From the NCBI GenBank assembly GCA_964016885.1, contig OZ024748.1, forward strand, positions 52,824,001 through 52,888,000: DNA of 64,000 nt, read 5' to 3'. The translations under genes and the position numbers were made by a program. Shown here in pieces: positions 12,864-24,911 of this stretch. The stretch is from Eledone cirrhosa (lineage: Eukaryota). The first letter of the stretch is position 1. Every line of letters begins with the position of its first letter. The notes below the pieces were generated by a model. The model worked only from the letters and a program-made list of their open reading frames with translations, made no database searches and had not been told where the DNA came from.

Positions 12864-13064
12864 ACTAGTTGACTCCATGGAAATTCCAATATTTAATTAG
12901 AAACAACCACCAAGTATTAAAAACTCAATATAACGTTTTAATTGTTCTCTCTTTTTCTTGTGCCTCTCTTCTCTTATAGACATACACTCTTATTGTCTCC
13001 TGTCCGTAGTTATTTCAGTGTGGGATTGCTACCTCCCCCCTACCAATGACGTTCTCTTTCTCTT

Positions 13065-13100
<36 letters not shown>

Positions 13101-13202
13101 TTTCCTTCCCACAGAGTAACCAACGTTTTAGAACTCTCTATCTACATCCACCCTCAGTTATGCCTATAATCTTACCACCCCCTTTCCAAAAAGACATAAG
13201 AT

Positions 13203-13233
<31 letters not shown>

Positions 13234-13441
13234 CAGTTACAGACATAATATTAAAGATTGATGGAAAGAGAGTGAGTGAGAGAGAGATGGACAAAAAGAG
13301 AAAAAAGTGGAAAAGAAGAGAAAGATTGATGGGGAGAGAGAGAGAGGAGATCACTACCTCTTTCTGTCTCACACACACACACTTACCTTTCATTTTCAAG
13401 TGTGACAGACGTCTTACACCACAGAAACAATGCCTTCATTA

Positions 13442-13912
13442 TCTATATATATAAAACTGAGGATGTCTGTCTGTGTGTGTGTATCTGTGACTTTGAATCC
13501 CTAAAACTCGAGAAGTACCCAATCGATTTTTTTTCAAACTTTACATGTGTATTACTTATGTTTCAGGGAGAAATTCAACTTTTCGATCCTCTAAGGCCTG
13601 CATTAGATGAAAAACTCCGTTTTTTTTTCAGCTTTTTAGGGGTTTTTTGAGGCGTTACGTTAGACCGATTTCATTGAAATTGTAACTATGTATTAGTCTC
13701 TTCTTCCTACCGTGAGCAAAGAAAATCCAACTTTTGTATGGCCTAGGTCCCGCATTAGGTGAAAAACTTCATTTTTTTTCAGCTTTTTAGGGCTTTTTTC
13801 GGTTTATTTTCTTTACATATTGTCCAGGCATGCAGTTTTTCCACGATTAGGTCTGTTGGCGGCCCGCGTTCCAAAATACCTTATCTCGTGCAACGCCGGG
13901 TACCACTGCTAG
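13442..13912 (+). mobile_element. Non-autonomous Helitron-like element
   Basis: A|TCTATATATATAAAA 5' end, 3' GC-rich imperfect hairpin (tcgtgcaacgccgggt) then CTAG|T. Inserted in an AT dinucleotide without a TSD. Internal duplication of about 50 bp. Confidence 0.75.
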
Positions 13913-14311
13913 TAATAGATAAATCTTTAGTCTCATTTTCATCGTGTGTTATCATTGCATTACAGAGAACATCTTTGTGCATATTGGGTATGTGCAGCAT
14001 TGTTTCAGTTGTATTGAAAATACTCTTCGTAATATCGGCACCATTCCTAGCAGTGCTATTTTCTGTATGCTGTATATATAAGTCCTAGGTTTGGGATATA
14101 TATATGTCTGTGCACGTATTATTATAGGATTGTTTGTTTTCATAATTCAGATTCAGGTCATTTCTATCTCCAGGTTTATATATTTAGATATTTTTTCTAG
14201 TTATTTTAAAGATATATACTACGTACACTGACTGACCTGTCAACTTTGGGGTGGGTTAGAGATGTCTTCTCTTGTGAAAATGGGTATAGTTTTCATTATG
14301 TAAAATCTCCA

Positions 14312-14501
14312 GGGTGGTGGATTGGCAGTATCAGTAGAGGGTCGGACGCCATGCTTTCCAGCATAGTTACGTCCCTTTACGATCTGAGTTCAAATCCCAC
14401 CGAGGTTGACTTTGTTTTTCATCCTTACGGGGTCGATAAAATAAAGTACCAGTAATGCACTGGGTAATTGCTGGCCTTGTGCCTAAAGTAGAAACAATTA
14501 T
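14312..14501 (+). mobile_element. Family-A SINE, full length, with TSD
   Basis: TSD attatgtaaaatctcc on both sides; A and B boxes intact. Confidence 0.9.
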
Positions 14502-14864
14502 GTAAAATCTCCCCCATTTTGCCTCATTTCTCCCCGTCCTGGGGCATTACTTTTTCATGGTACTCCTCGTTTGGGTTTATAGAGGTTGGCAGGTGTGCAT
14601 ATGTGTGCGTGTTTTCTCCTGATTATATTACATTAAACAATACATTGAAACTATTGGTTTGTTAAAAAATTATTAATGGAAACCCAAACGTTTCCTGTTG
14701 ACGCCACTATTTCTATGTGGTTGTCTTCTACGGGTATTTCTTTTGCGACACAATTATTTACAAATAATTATTTGATAAAGATAGATACACGGACATAACG
14801 TCACGTAACAAAAAAATAAACAAATACACACTTCTCCAAGTAAGCAAAATTATTTAGAAGCAAA

Positions 14865-15057
14865 CGGCGGTAGATTGGCAGCTTCTGCAGAAGGGTGGAT
14901 GCCATGCTTTGCAGCATAGAGTTACGCCCCTTTACGATCTGAGTTCAAATCCCGCCGAGGTTAACTTTGTCTTTCATCCTTACGAGGTCGATAAAATAAA
15001 TCACCAGTAATGCACTGATATAATTGCTGGCTTTGTGCCAAAAGTAGAAACAATTAT
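14865..15057 (+). mobile_element. Family-A SINE with TSD
   Basis: Flanking direct repeat agaagcaaac. Confidence 0.9.
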
Positions 15058-15199
15058 TGAGAAGCAAACAATTGAAAATAACATGAGTTGGCACATAAGC
15101 TGCTGTCAAAATTTGTGTCCGTTTTCGATTATTTTCGTATATCTTTGCACATGCATTAAAGAAAGTCATAACAGAGATGTATTTTTATAAATATATATT

Positions 15200-15318
15200 G
15201 GAGATATATATACACAGCTTACGGCGGCCATTTTTGTTTTTGCACACGAAATCGTGAACGATAATTATCAGTAAAATTTCGGATAAGAAACGGCTCGAAA
15301 AGTTAAGACAAGGTAAGC
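15200..15318 (+). promoter_or_regulatory. Candidate TSS region and non-coding first exon
   Basis: YY1-type motif GCGGCCATTTT at 15224-15234, locally higher CpG content, consensus donor AAG|GTAAG at 15312/15313. Confidence 0.45.
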
Positions 15319-15734
15319 TGAAATCCATCGGTTCAAGTTGGAACAAAATAACTGTTATTTAAATAATATTCAAACTAACTGTAGACTAATACTTACTTTT
15401 ATCAAAAGAACTTACTTTTGTCAAGCAGTTAACAAATTTCATTGAAATTTGTCACTAATGAATTTGTAATTGTCAGTTTCTAAGCTTTTATATAATGCCT
15501 GTCATCTGTTTATTATTGTCGACTATACTTACGTAAATATATTGCTATTCATACAGAACTTAAGACACAATTCTATTATGAAGTATATATATGTAAATGT
15601 TGTTTTGTACGTGTAGAATGCTTTCGTTTATTTTTGGTTAAGTTTATATAAATACACTCCTGAATAACGTGTATTATAGGTGTTAAAAGCTTAATATTTA
15701 ATGAGACATTATTACAGTTGTTACTATTAATACA

Positions 15735-15827
15735 ATAATTGTTTCTACTTTTTGGCACAAGATCAGCAATTACACCAGTGCATTACTGGTACTTTATTTT
15801 ATCGACCCCGTGAGGATGAAAGGCAAA
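15735..15827 (-). mobile_element. 5'-truncated family-A SINE
   Basis: Reverse complement of the family core and tail. Confidence 0.8.
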
Positions 15828-16074
15828 TATTTGATATACATGAAGTTGAATTTTGCTCTGCGTGAAGAATTCAATACGTTTAACTAAATTAGTATAAAAT
15901 GGAATACAGGCGGAATACGCCACAGGGATAAAATCCCACTTCACTTGGACTAATTGGTTAAATTGTTGTTTTTTCTCTCTCGCTTTAATTATATATTTTT
16001 ATCTATTATATTTATAAGGTTCTTACAAATAATTAATAGATTACATGTATGTACGTCTATTTAATTTCATATAT

Positions 16075-16260
16075 TTGGTATATGGTAATAAACTTCCACT
16101 TGGTTCGCAATCGTGAAGATGTGAGTTCGATTCCCGGACCGGGCAATGCGTTATGTCTTTGAGCAAGACGTTGCTCTTTCTGCCTGGATTTGTGACCGGT
16201 AGATAGTATTAGCATTTGGAAAGACCAATGGAAACATTGTTTCCTCGGTCCGATTTGAAG
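16075..16260 (+). mobile_element. Older tRNA-derived SINE (family D)
   Basis: B box GTTCGATTCC, TTGAGCAAGAC, tail agatagtat..gaaagaccaatggaaacattgtttcct shared with 18075-18140 and 46445-46510. Confidence 0.6.
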
Positions 16261-16654
16261 GATAAACTCAAAGTATATAGTCAAATTTTGTATTGTTTAC
16301 AGAGTGAGTTTGTTTGTTAAGGCGGAAGGGACGTTTGTCATGGCAGCTCCACTTACAAGGAAAGAGTTCTCTGGGTGGCTCTGTGACTTTGTTTCTTACT
16401 TTTCAATGGTACACTATCACATATAGAAATATTTACAGTAATATGTTTATTCTGAAACGCCGCCTTAGAATTATTACGAATTAAAACAACTGTCCCCTCA
16501 GAATGGTTTGAAACACAAAAAAAAGACTACGAAAATCTGTCATAAACTCGTATGAAATATGTGGCGGAGATATGCGATTTCTCTGAATTCTGAAGCTATA
16601 ACCATGCCTAGTGTTCGAATTTTTCATTCTCATATATATGTTTATTATTTTTTT

Positions 16655-16856
16655 CAGTAATACACTGGGATAATTGCTGGCCTTGTGCCAAAAGTAGAAA
16701 CAATTATTTTTTACTAGAGAGTCAGACACCATGCTTTCCAGCATCTGAGTTCAAATCCCACCGAGGTTAACTTTGTCTTTCATCCTTACGGGGTCGATAA
16801 AATAAAGTACCAGCAATGTACTGGGAAATTGCTGGCCTTGTGCCAAAAACTATTAT
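16655..16856 (+). mobile_element. Family-A tail fragment with a second, internally deleted copy inserted at its end
   Basis: Second copy flanked by the direct repeat attattttttactaga. Confidence 0.8.
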
Positions 16857-16999
16857 TTTTTTACTAGATCCCCTCCCTCTGCCCAGTGAACCAACGGGTC
16901 ACGTTCGATTAAAAATGTTTTTAAATCATGTTCACTTAAAAATAATTTTTTCAGCTTTCTCTCTCTCTCTTCCACTTTCCTTCTCTCTCTCTCTCTATT

Positions 17000-17187
17000 T
17001 CTGAAGTTACCCGGAAAAACTCCATATCTCCGGAACCCGTGCTCCGATTTACGCAAAACTTGCTTTATTCTATTTGTATTCCCATTTCAGGGGCAACTTC
17101 CTTTCAAAGTATTTTCCCATTAGGTGCTATTTTGGCTGTATTACATTACAGTCAAGACATAGTCACACAGTTTTAGTAGTATTTAGA
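17000..17187 (-). mobile_element. Helitron-like 5' fragment
   Basis: Minus strand begins A|TCTAAATACTACTAAAACT. The region has a ccgattt..aaact motif similar to one in the 13.4-kb element. Confidence 0.45.
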
Positions 17188-17344
17188 TATCAATTGTTTT
17201 ACGTAGCTTATTCCAGATAATGATTTCTACAAATTCATAGCTCAATGCTTTCAAAATGTTTATTCATAAACATCCCGTATATCGCTAGATACACAAAATA
17301 CTAATACTGATATACATAGTAGATTATAAATATTCAATATAGAA

Positions 17345-17445
17345 ATGGCTTCTACAGGACTAGAACTGTTTCATTCGAAGGAAATCATCAGGAAAGCCCT
17401 AATGATTTTCTTCGAATTAAACATTTCTAGTCCTCTAGAAGCCAT
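17345..17445. repeat. Fold-back with arms of about 48 bp containing a degenerate hammerhead core
   Basis: atggcttctacaggactagaa..atcatcagg pairs with cctaatgat..ttctagtcctctagaagccat. Minus strand reads CTGATGA-tttccttcgaat-GAAAC. Confidence 0.75.
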
Positions 17446-17466
17446 GTGTGTGTATATATATATATA

Positions 17467-17829
17467 TATGTACACGTACATACATATATGTATACAGACG
17501 TACAGTAGTATGTATATATATATACATACATGCACACATATATATATGTACGTATGGATTCACCGAACATTTATTATAATGCTCGGTGTGTTTGTAAACA
17601 AACATCCTGTATTAAACTAGTACAGCGTTCCTTTGTCAGTGTTGAACAAACGAGCAGCGATGGTTGCTAGACACTACGGCTTAATACGGGATGTTTGTTT
17701 ACAAACACACCGAGCATTATAATACATGTTCGGTGAATCCATACGTACTTTTATATATGTGTGCATGTATGTATATATATATACATACTACTGTACGTCT
17801 GTATACATATATGTATGTACGTGTACATA
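17467..17829. repeat. Large inverted repeat, arms about 150 bp, spacer about 65 bp
   Basis: gtacgtatggattcaccgaacat..aaacaaacatcctgtattaa is mirrored by ttaatacgggatgtttgttt..atgttcggtgaatccatacgtac, and the match extends through the flanking microsatellite. Confidence 0.9.
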
Positions 17830-17890
17830 CTTATATTTAAGTAACAGCCGTACTAAGAGTGGGAAATGAAATTTCGTTTCATTTTTTCCG

Positions 17891-17939
<49 letters not shown>

Positions 17940-17964
17940 TTTATTTTCAGTTCTTTGTAAAGGC

Positions 17965-18140
17965 AAGTGTTCTTGTAGTTAATGTGTTAGATTGGTGACC
18001 ATAAGGCCGGGTGTTCGAGTCTTGGAGCAGGTGGTACATTGTCTTCTTCAGTAAAATACTTTATTTTACATGGCTACCAGCAGATAGTATCGGAGATGGA
18101 AATACCATCGGAAACAATGTTTCCTTGGTTCGATCTATAA
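17965..18140 (+). mobile_element. Older SINE (family D)
   Basis: Degenerate tRNA head (GTTCGAGTCT) and the family-D tail. Confidence 0.55.
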
Positions 18141-18519
18141 TCGGCTCTTTTACTTCTTTGTGTGTGTCTTTTGTTGTTGATGTTGTCATTTACTTTTATT
18201 CCCAGAGGAATCTACGTATGCAGGACCTATGAGAGGGGGTGAGGTCAAGCAGGTATGTTGTTACGGGGTCCAAGATCTAAGAAGGCCTCACAGCAACCAT
18301 GCAACATCCATTCTGAATCTTTGCCTGCTTCGGGCCCCAAAGTGGTCTTTTACCACCTTGCAAAATTTCACGTATGTGAATGTATGTATATGTCTTCATG
18401 TAGCGAAGTATATGGCTGAATCTATTGTGTGTGTATGTACGTACGCGTGTATGTGTGTGTATTTGTTGTGTGAGTCTCTGTGAAAATGTGTAATTTTGTT
18501 TGTGTATGTATGTGTATCT

Positions 18520-19238
18520 ACTTTCATGGGCATTACGGTCAGCAGCGATTTGCGTTGGACGAGGCACGTCTCTAAAATTGTCAAGAGGGCCGAGGGTGTC
18601 TTAGCATCACTCAGCAAGACCTTTGTCAGCCGCTCTCCAGATATCTATTTAAGGCTGTACATGGCTATGGTGCGACCACACTTAGAATTTGCATCACCAG
18701 TCTGGAACCCCTATCTTGCTCAGGACATTGACCGCCTGGAAACTGTTCAGAGACGTGCAACCAAACGAATACCCTCCATCAGGCATCTACCATACTCTGA
18801 GCGCCTTGCTTCCCTGGGCATGGATACATTGAAGCTCCGACGCCTGGCAACTGACTTGGTAAACACCCACAAAATTGTTAACCATGTTGCCAACAACAAC
18901 CCTGAGTACCTTTTTGATTTCCATGTGTCTAACACACGTGGACATGCCCACTAAGTAAGAAAACAGCACAGTTCCCATGACTTTCGGAAACATTTTTTCA
19001 CGCTCAGAGCTGCTGAAGCATGGAACAAACTACCTGCATCAGTTGTTAGCTGTCGAGACACTGCATCCTTTAAGGCCTCCATGCTTCCCGAGATCCGCCA
19101 ACACTACAGCTAACACATACACACATGTACTTCCCTGACATTTGTGTATTATTCTATGTACTATACATACACCTTTGACGAGTTGTAGTGCACCTGAGCA
19201 CTTTACACAATAATTTCATTATTATCATTATTATTATT
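18520..19238 (+). mobile_element. CR1/L2-group LINE, 5'-truncated (RT C-terminus, 3' UTR, (ATT)n tail)
   Basis: GITVSSDLRWTRHV..LYMAMVRPHLEFASPVWNPY..LETVQRRATK..YSERL..TRGH, one stop, then FRKHFFTLRAAEAWNKLP; tail ttcattattat. Confidence 0.9.
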
Positions 19239-19499
19239 TGTGCGTGCGTGTGTATGTGTGCATGTATTTTGTGTGTCTGTTTGTGAAAATATGTAGCATT
19301 GTTTGTGTGTGTATGTTTCATTTGTGCTTTTTGGTTCATCCCCACCCACCCATGTGTTTCTGTAAATATGCACGCGTGTGTCTGTACATTTTTGTGTGTA
19401 TCACTACCTGATTTTCGTACTTTTTAAACATGAAAATTAAAATTTCATCATTTAAATCGCTCCGTTTAGCTAATGGAACTCATCAGGTCAAATCTGTCG

Positions 19500-19599
<100 letters not shown>

Positions 19600-19676
19600 A
19601 CGAAGGAATTGTGGGAAGGAACCAGATGGAACGTAACGCACCAAAGTACTCAATACTTAGGGTAGTAGAGTGGGTA

Positions 19677-19736
19677 ATAGGAACAAGTATGACCCCAACG
19701 GCAGAGCTCTGCCGTCGGAGTCATACTTGTTCCTAT
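19677..19736. repeat. 60-bp loop-less palindrome in a (TA)n-flanked element (19598-19736)
   Basis: ataggaacaagtatgaccccaacggcagag|ctctgccgtcggagtcatacttgttcctat, with 2 mismatches. Confidence 0.9.
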
Positions 19737-19744
19737 ATATATAT

Positions 19745-19922
19745 CATTCCACTGCAAAGTGGACGTGGAGGTGCCACGGCAAAAAAGCACCCACCACTCA
19801 CTGTAAATGAGGTTGGTGTTAGGAAGGGCATCCAGCAGTAGAAATCAAGCCAGAATCAATTCTCGTCCCACCCTTGCAAGCAGAGAAAAGCGGACGTAAA
19901 ATGATGATGATAATGATGATGA
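19745..19922 (+). mobile_element. 5'-truncated family-B SINE
   Basis: Matches the 3' half of 1011-1352. Confidence 0.85.
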
Positions 19923-19930
19923 TATATATA

Positions 19931-20239
19931 ATCATCATCATTTTACATCTATTTTTCCGCGCTAACATGGGTTAGACGAGTTATCTTGTTGTGACGAGAA
20001 ATCCTAGGTCAGGACACCTACACAAACACTTTACAGTGTGGACTTGGTGTTTTTTGTCGTGACAGCTACATGACCACTTTACAGTGTGGACTGGGTAGTT
20101 TTTTCGTGACACCTACACAATCACTTTGCAGTGTGGACTGGGTATTTTTTTCGTGACACCTACATGACTACTTTACAGTGTGGACTGTGTGCTTTTTGTC
20201 ATGACACCTACACGACCACTTTACAGTGTGGGCTGGGAG

Positions 20240-20240
<1 letters not shown>
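19931..20240 (-). mobile_element. Family-B-related SINE tail with five tandem copies of a segment of about 46 bp
   Basis: Repeated cactttacagtgtggactgggt..tcgtgacacctaca. Confidence 0.75.
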
Positions 20241-20277
<37 letters not shown>

Positions 20278-21094
20278 CATCTTCATTTGCCATTTTCTCT
20301 GCTGCTGCTTCTTTCATCATCAACCATAACATCTATCATAATATTCATAAACAATGACAACAATAGCAACAAGAATACCAATGTTATTTTTTTCCAGTCC
20401 TCCGCTTCCTCTTTCTTCTGTTCTTTTTTTTCTGTTTTTCTTCTTTTTCTTCTTCTATGTTACTTCTTTTTCTTCCTTTTCTTTCTATTCTTCTTTTCTT
20501 TTCTTCTTGTTTTCTTCTTTTCCTTCTTCTCCCGCCCCCGCCTATTTCTTGTCTCTTCTTTCCTTCTTCTCCCCCCCCCCCGCCTATTTCTTGTCTCTTC
20601 TTTCCTTCTCTCTATTTAAACAGTCAGTTCACTTAAGAAATTACCATTGCTTTGTTTCTGCCAAGATAATTGCAAATCTAAGACAAGATTCTTGCCCACT
20701 TGATTGGATGGTGGGGTTGATTACTGTGGGTTGTAGTGGGGAGGGATGGTTATTTTGATATTTTTTCCCTGAAATATTGTATTTTTTTGTTTGTTTATTT
20801 CTTTGTTTTTATTTTCAATTAAAAAAAATTCATTTTTTTATTTTTTTAAATCTTGTAGCTTGTCATTAATTCTTTTATCTGAAACTCATTAAGGTTTTCT
20901 TCCAACCAGCCTATGACCCACCTCACCCATACACGCACAAGTAAATGCACAAAAAGCTGCACAGAAGCATGAACACTGCCACCCTCGCAACCACGCCTAC
21001 CCTTACAACAACTCCCACTCTCAGCCCCTCACACCTCCACAACTCTGCCATGTATTATGATAAAACATAATCCACTGAGCAATGATCCGTCAAT

Positions 21095-21097
21095 GTC

Positions 21098-21135
<38 letters not shown>

Positions 21136-21391
21136 CATATATATATATATATATATGTGTGTCATATATATATGTCATATATATATATATATGTGTCATA
21201 TATATGTCATATATATATATATATATATGTGTGTGTGTCATATATATATATATATATGTGTGTGTCATATATATATATGTGTGTCTGTGTGTGTATATAT
21301 ATATATCATATATATATGTGTGTGTCATATATATATATATATATATGTGTGTGTGTCATATATATATGTGTGTCATATATATATATGTGTC

Positions 21392-21423
<32 letters not shown>

Positions 21424-21662
21424 CATATATATATATATATATATATGTGTGTCATATATATATGTGTCATATATATATATATATATATGTGTGTATATAT
21501 ATATATATCATATATATATATATATGTGTATCATATATATATCATATATCATATATATATATATATGTGTATCATATATATATATGTGTCATATATATAT
21601 ATATATCATATATATATATACATATATATATATATGTGCGTGTGTGTGTGTAGTTGTGTGTG

Positions 21663-21709
<47 letters not shown>

Positions 21710-21710
21710 A
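21095..21710. repeat. (TA)n(TG)nTCA compound microsatellite
   Basis: Directly visible. Confidence 0.9.
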
Positions 21711-22084
21711 CAAGCACTAAAAATAGACATATACATACAATCACCCTCACATTCACAAATACATAAACAAACACACATATAGTCATACATGTATACAGAC
21801 ATACATACATACATGTATACAGACATACATACATACATGTATACAGACATACATATATATATATATATATACATACACAGATGCTCTTATACATATTGTC
21901 ATATATACTCACAATTGTACAAATGCATACACATGGATTCTCACATACACATTGTCACACATATTTACAATTATATAAATACATACACCTGCATATTTAG
22001 ACATGTATACACTCACATACAGACACATAAACACACACACAGACACACCCACAGTGATACACATACTTACAAATACATAAACAC

Positions 22085-22740
22085 ACAGGATCATGCCTCA
22101 TATGCTTACACATACAAATGCATGAAGACACATACACACACACACACATGCGCACACACACACACACACAGAATAATGCTCATATGCTTACACATACATA
22201 CAAATGCATGAAGACACATACACACACACACACACACATGCGCACACACACACACACAGAATAATGCTCATATGCTTACACATACATACAAATGCATGAA
22301 GACACATACACACACATGCACACACACACAGAGGATAATGCTCATATGCTTACACATAGATACAAATGCATGAAGACACATACACACACATACAGAGGAT
22401 AATGCTCATATGCTTACACATACATACAAACGCATGAAAACACATACACACACACGGACGCACACACACATACGCACACATGATAATGCTCATATGCTTA
22501 CACATACATACAAATGCATATAAGACACTCTCACACATACATGCACACACACATACACACACATGATAATGCTCATATGCTCACACATTCATACAAATGT
22601 ACGGAGACGCACACTCACACACACAGAATAATGCTCATATGCTCACACACACAAATACATGAAATCACACACACACACACACAGGATAATGCTCACATGT
22701 TCACACATTCATACAAATACATGAAGACACACACTCACTC
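22085..22740. repeat. Minisatellite of about 60-85 bp units (ataatgctcatatgcttacacatac..)
   Basis: About 10 diverged units. Confidence 0.85.
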
Positions 22741-22874
22741 ACATACATATTCATGCATGTATACTCAGAAATGCATAAAGGCACATACACATACATAGAT
22801 TAACATGTTTGTATATACATACATATTTACAAATAGAAAATCACAGACACACATGCACACTGCTGACCTTGGAC

Positions 22875-24490
22875 CAACCACCTTCACCACCACCTCTACT
22901 TCCTCCTTCTCCTCCCCTATTAAAAAGAACCAGTACCAAAACCTCCACCACCACCACCACCACCTCCCTATTAAAAAGAACCACCACCACCTCCTCTTTA
23001 TCAAAAAGAACCACCACCACCACCCTATCAAAAAAGAAAAACCACCTCCTTCTCCCTATCAAAAGAACCACCACTACCACTACCACACTATCACCTCCCC
23101 CACCTCTACTACCACTACCTCCATCCCACCACTACCACTACCACACCACTACCACCACCTCCTTCTCCACCCTATCAACAAAAAAAAAACCATCACCTCC
23201 ACCACCACCTCCACCACCATCCCACCCCCAAGAATCCTCCTTCATTCTCTGACTCTTTGACTCTTTGACTCTTCTCTATTATCACCTCAGCGTTCTCCTT
23301 GCTTTAATTCACTAGTGACAAGAAATTACCATTGTAAAAAGGTTGAAGGACATGCTACAGAGGAGGGGCCCTCTTCTCACCCCCACCACACCCTTCTTCT
23401 TCTTCTTCTCTTTGTATATGGTGGTCGTTGTGGTGTCACTGGTGGTGGTGTTGGTGGTTGTTGTTGGTAGTGGAGGTGGTCATTGTCAGTGGTGATAGTG
23501 GTGGTGGTGGTGGTCATGGTGGTGGTGGTTAGTGGTGGTGTCAGTGGCAGTGTTGGTGGTGATGGTGTTAGTGATGGTGAGGTTGGTGGTGGTCTGGTGG
23601 TGGTGTCAGTGGCAGTGGTGGTGGTGGTGGTGATGGTGAGGTTGGTGGTGGTCTGGTGGTGGTGTCAGTGGCAGTGGTGGTGGTGGTGGTGATGGTGAGG
23701 TTGGTGGTGATCTGGTGTCACTGGTGCTGGTTGTTGCGGTGTTGATGGTGGTTGTTAGTGATGATGAGGTTGGTGGTGGTGTCAGTGGTGCTGGTTGTTG
23801 GCGGTGTTGGTGGTGGTTGTTGGTGGTGGTGTCAGTGGCAGTGGTGGTGGTGGTGATGGTGTTAGTGATGGTGAGGTTGGTGGTGGCCGTGGTATCAGTG
23901 GTACTGGTTGTTGTGGGTGTTGGTAATGGTGGTGGTTGCTGGTGGGGGTGATGTTGGCCATGGTGGTGGTGTTGGTAGTGGTGGTGGTTGTGTCAGTTGT
24001 GATAGTGGTGGTGATGGTGGTGGTTGTTGTTGGTGATGGTGAAGGTTGTTGGCGGTGTTGGTGGTGGTGTTGGTGGTGGTTGTTGTTGTGTCAGTGGTGA
24101 TGGTGGTGGTGTTGGTGATGGCGGTGGTGGTGTTGGTGGTGGTTGTTGTTGTGTCAGTGGTGATGGTGGTTGTTGTGTCAGTGGTGGTAGCGGTGGTGGT
24201 CGTCGTTGTGTCAGTGGTGGCGGTGTTGGTGATGGTGGTGGTTGTTGGCAGTGTTGGTGATGGTGGTAGTGGTGGTTGTTGTCATTGGTGATGGTGGCAT
24301 TGGTGGTGATGGTGTTGGCAGTGGTAGTGGTGGTGTTGGTGGTGGTTGTTGTGTCAGTGGTGATGATGGTAGTGGTGGTGATGGTGTTGGCAGTGGTTGT
24401 GGTGGTGTTGGTGGTGGTGGTTGTTGTGTCAGTGGTGATGATGTTGGCAGTGGTGGTGGTAGTAGTAGTACAGTGGTGGTGGTGGTGGGC
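22875..24490. repeat. (ACC)n tract followed by an opposite-polarity (GGT)n tract, around a 180-bp unique island
   Basis: 22875-23230 is C-rich; 23420-24490 is G-rich. Confidence 0.85.
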
Positions 24491-24911
24491 TTTGAGGAAC
24501 AGTTCTTAATTTCAATGTTTCAAACATAAAAATGTTAAACAAGATAAAATAAATAAATAAATAAAACAAATAAATAAAATAAAATAAAAATGAAGATCAA
24601 TAATTTTTTTTTTGTTTTTTAATTTGAAAATTTTAACAGAAACATTTATAATTCCTTTTGTTTTTTACTCTATTGTTATTTTTTGGTGGGGGAGTGTTAT
24701 GTTTATTATTATTGTTATTATTGTTTTTTTAATTTCCTTTATCTTTTTTGTCCATTTTTAATAGGGCAAATAATGTTCATTATAGAAAAATTAACTACTT
24801 AATAATAGAGTATTACATTGATGGCAGTAGTGGAAATGGTGGGTGGCATGAGACACAATAGAATGTGGCAGACTAAGATAGCATTCAGTATGTAGTTGTA
24901 CTGCTGACGGA

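Noticed and set aside
18496-18954. 152-aa ORF as a host gene
   Set aside because: It is the RT C-terminus of a 5'-truncated CR1-type LINE with a premature stop.
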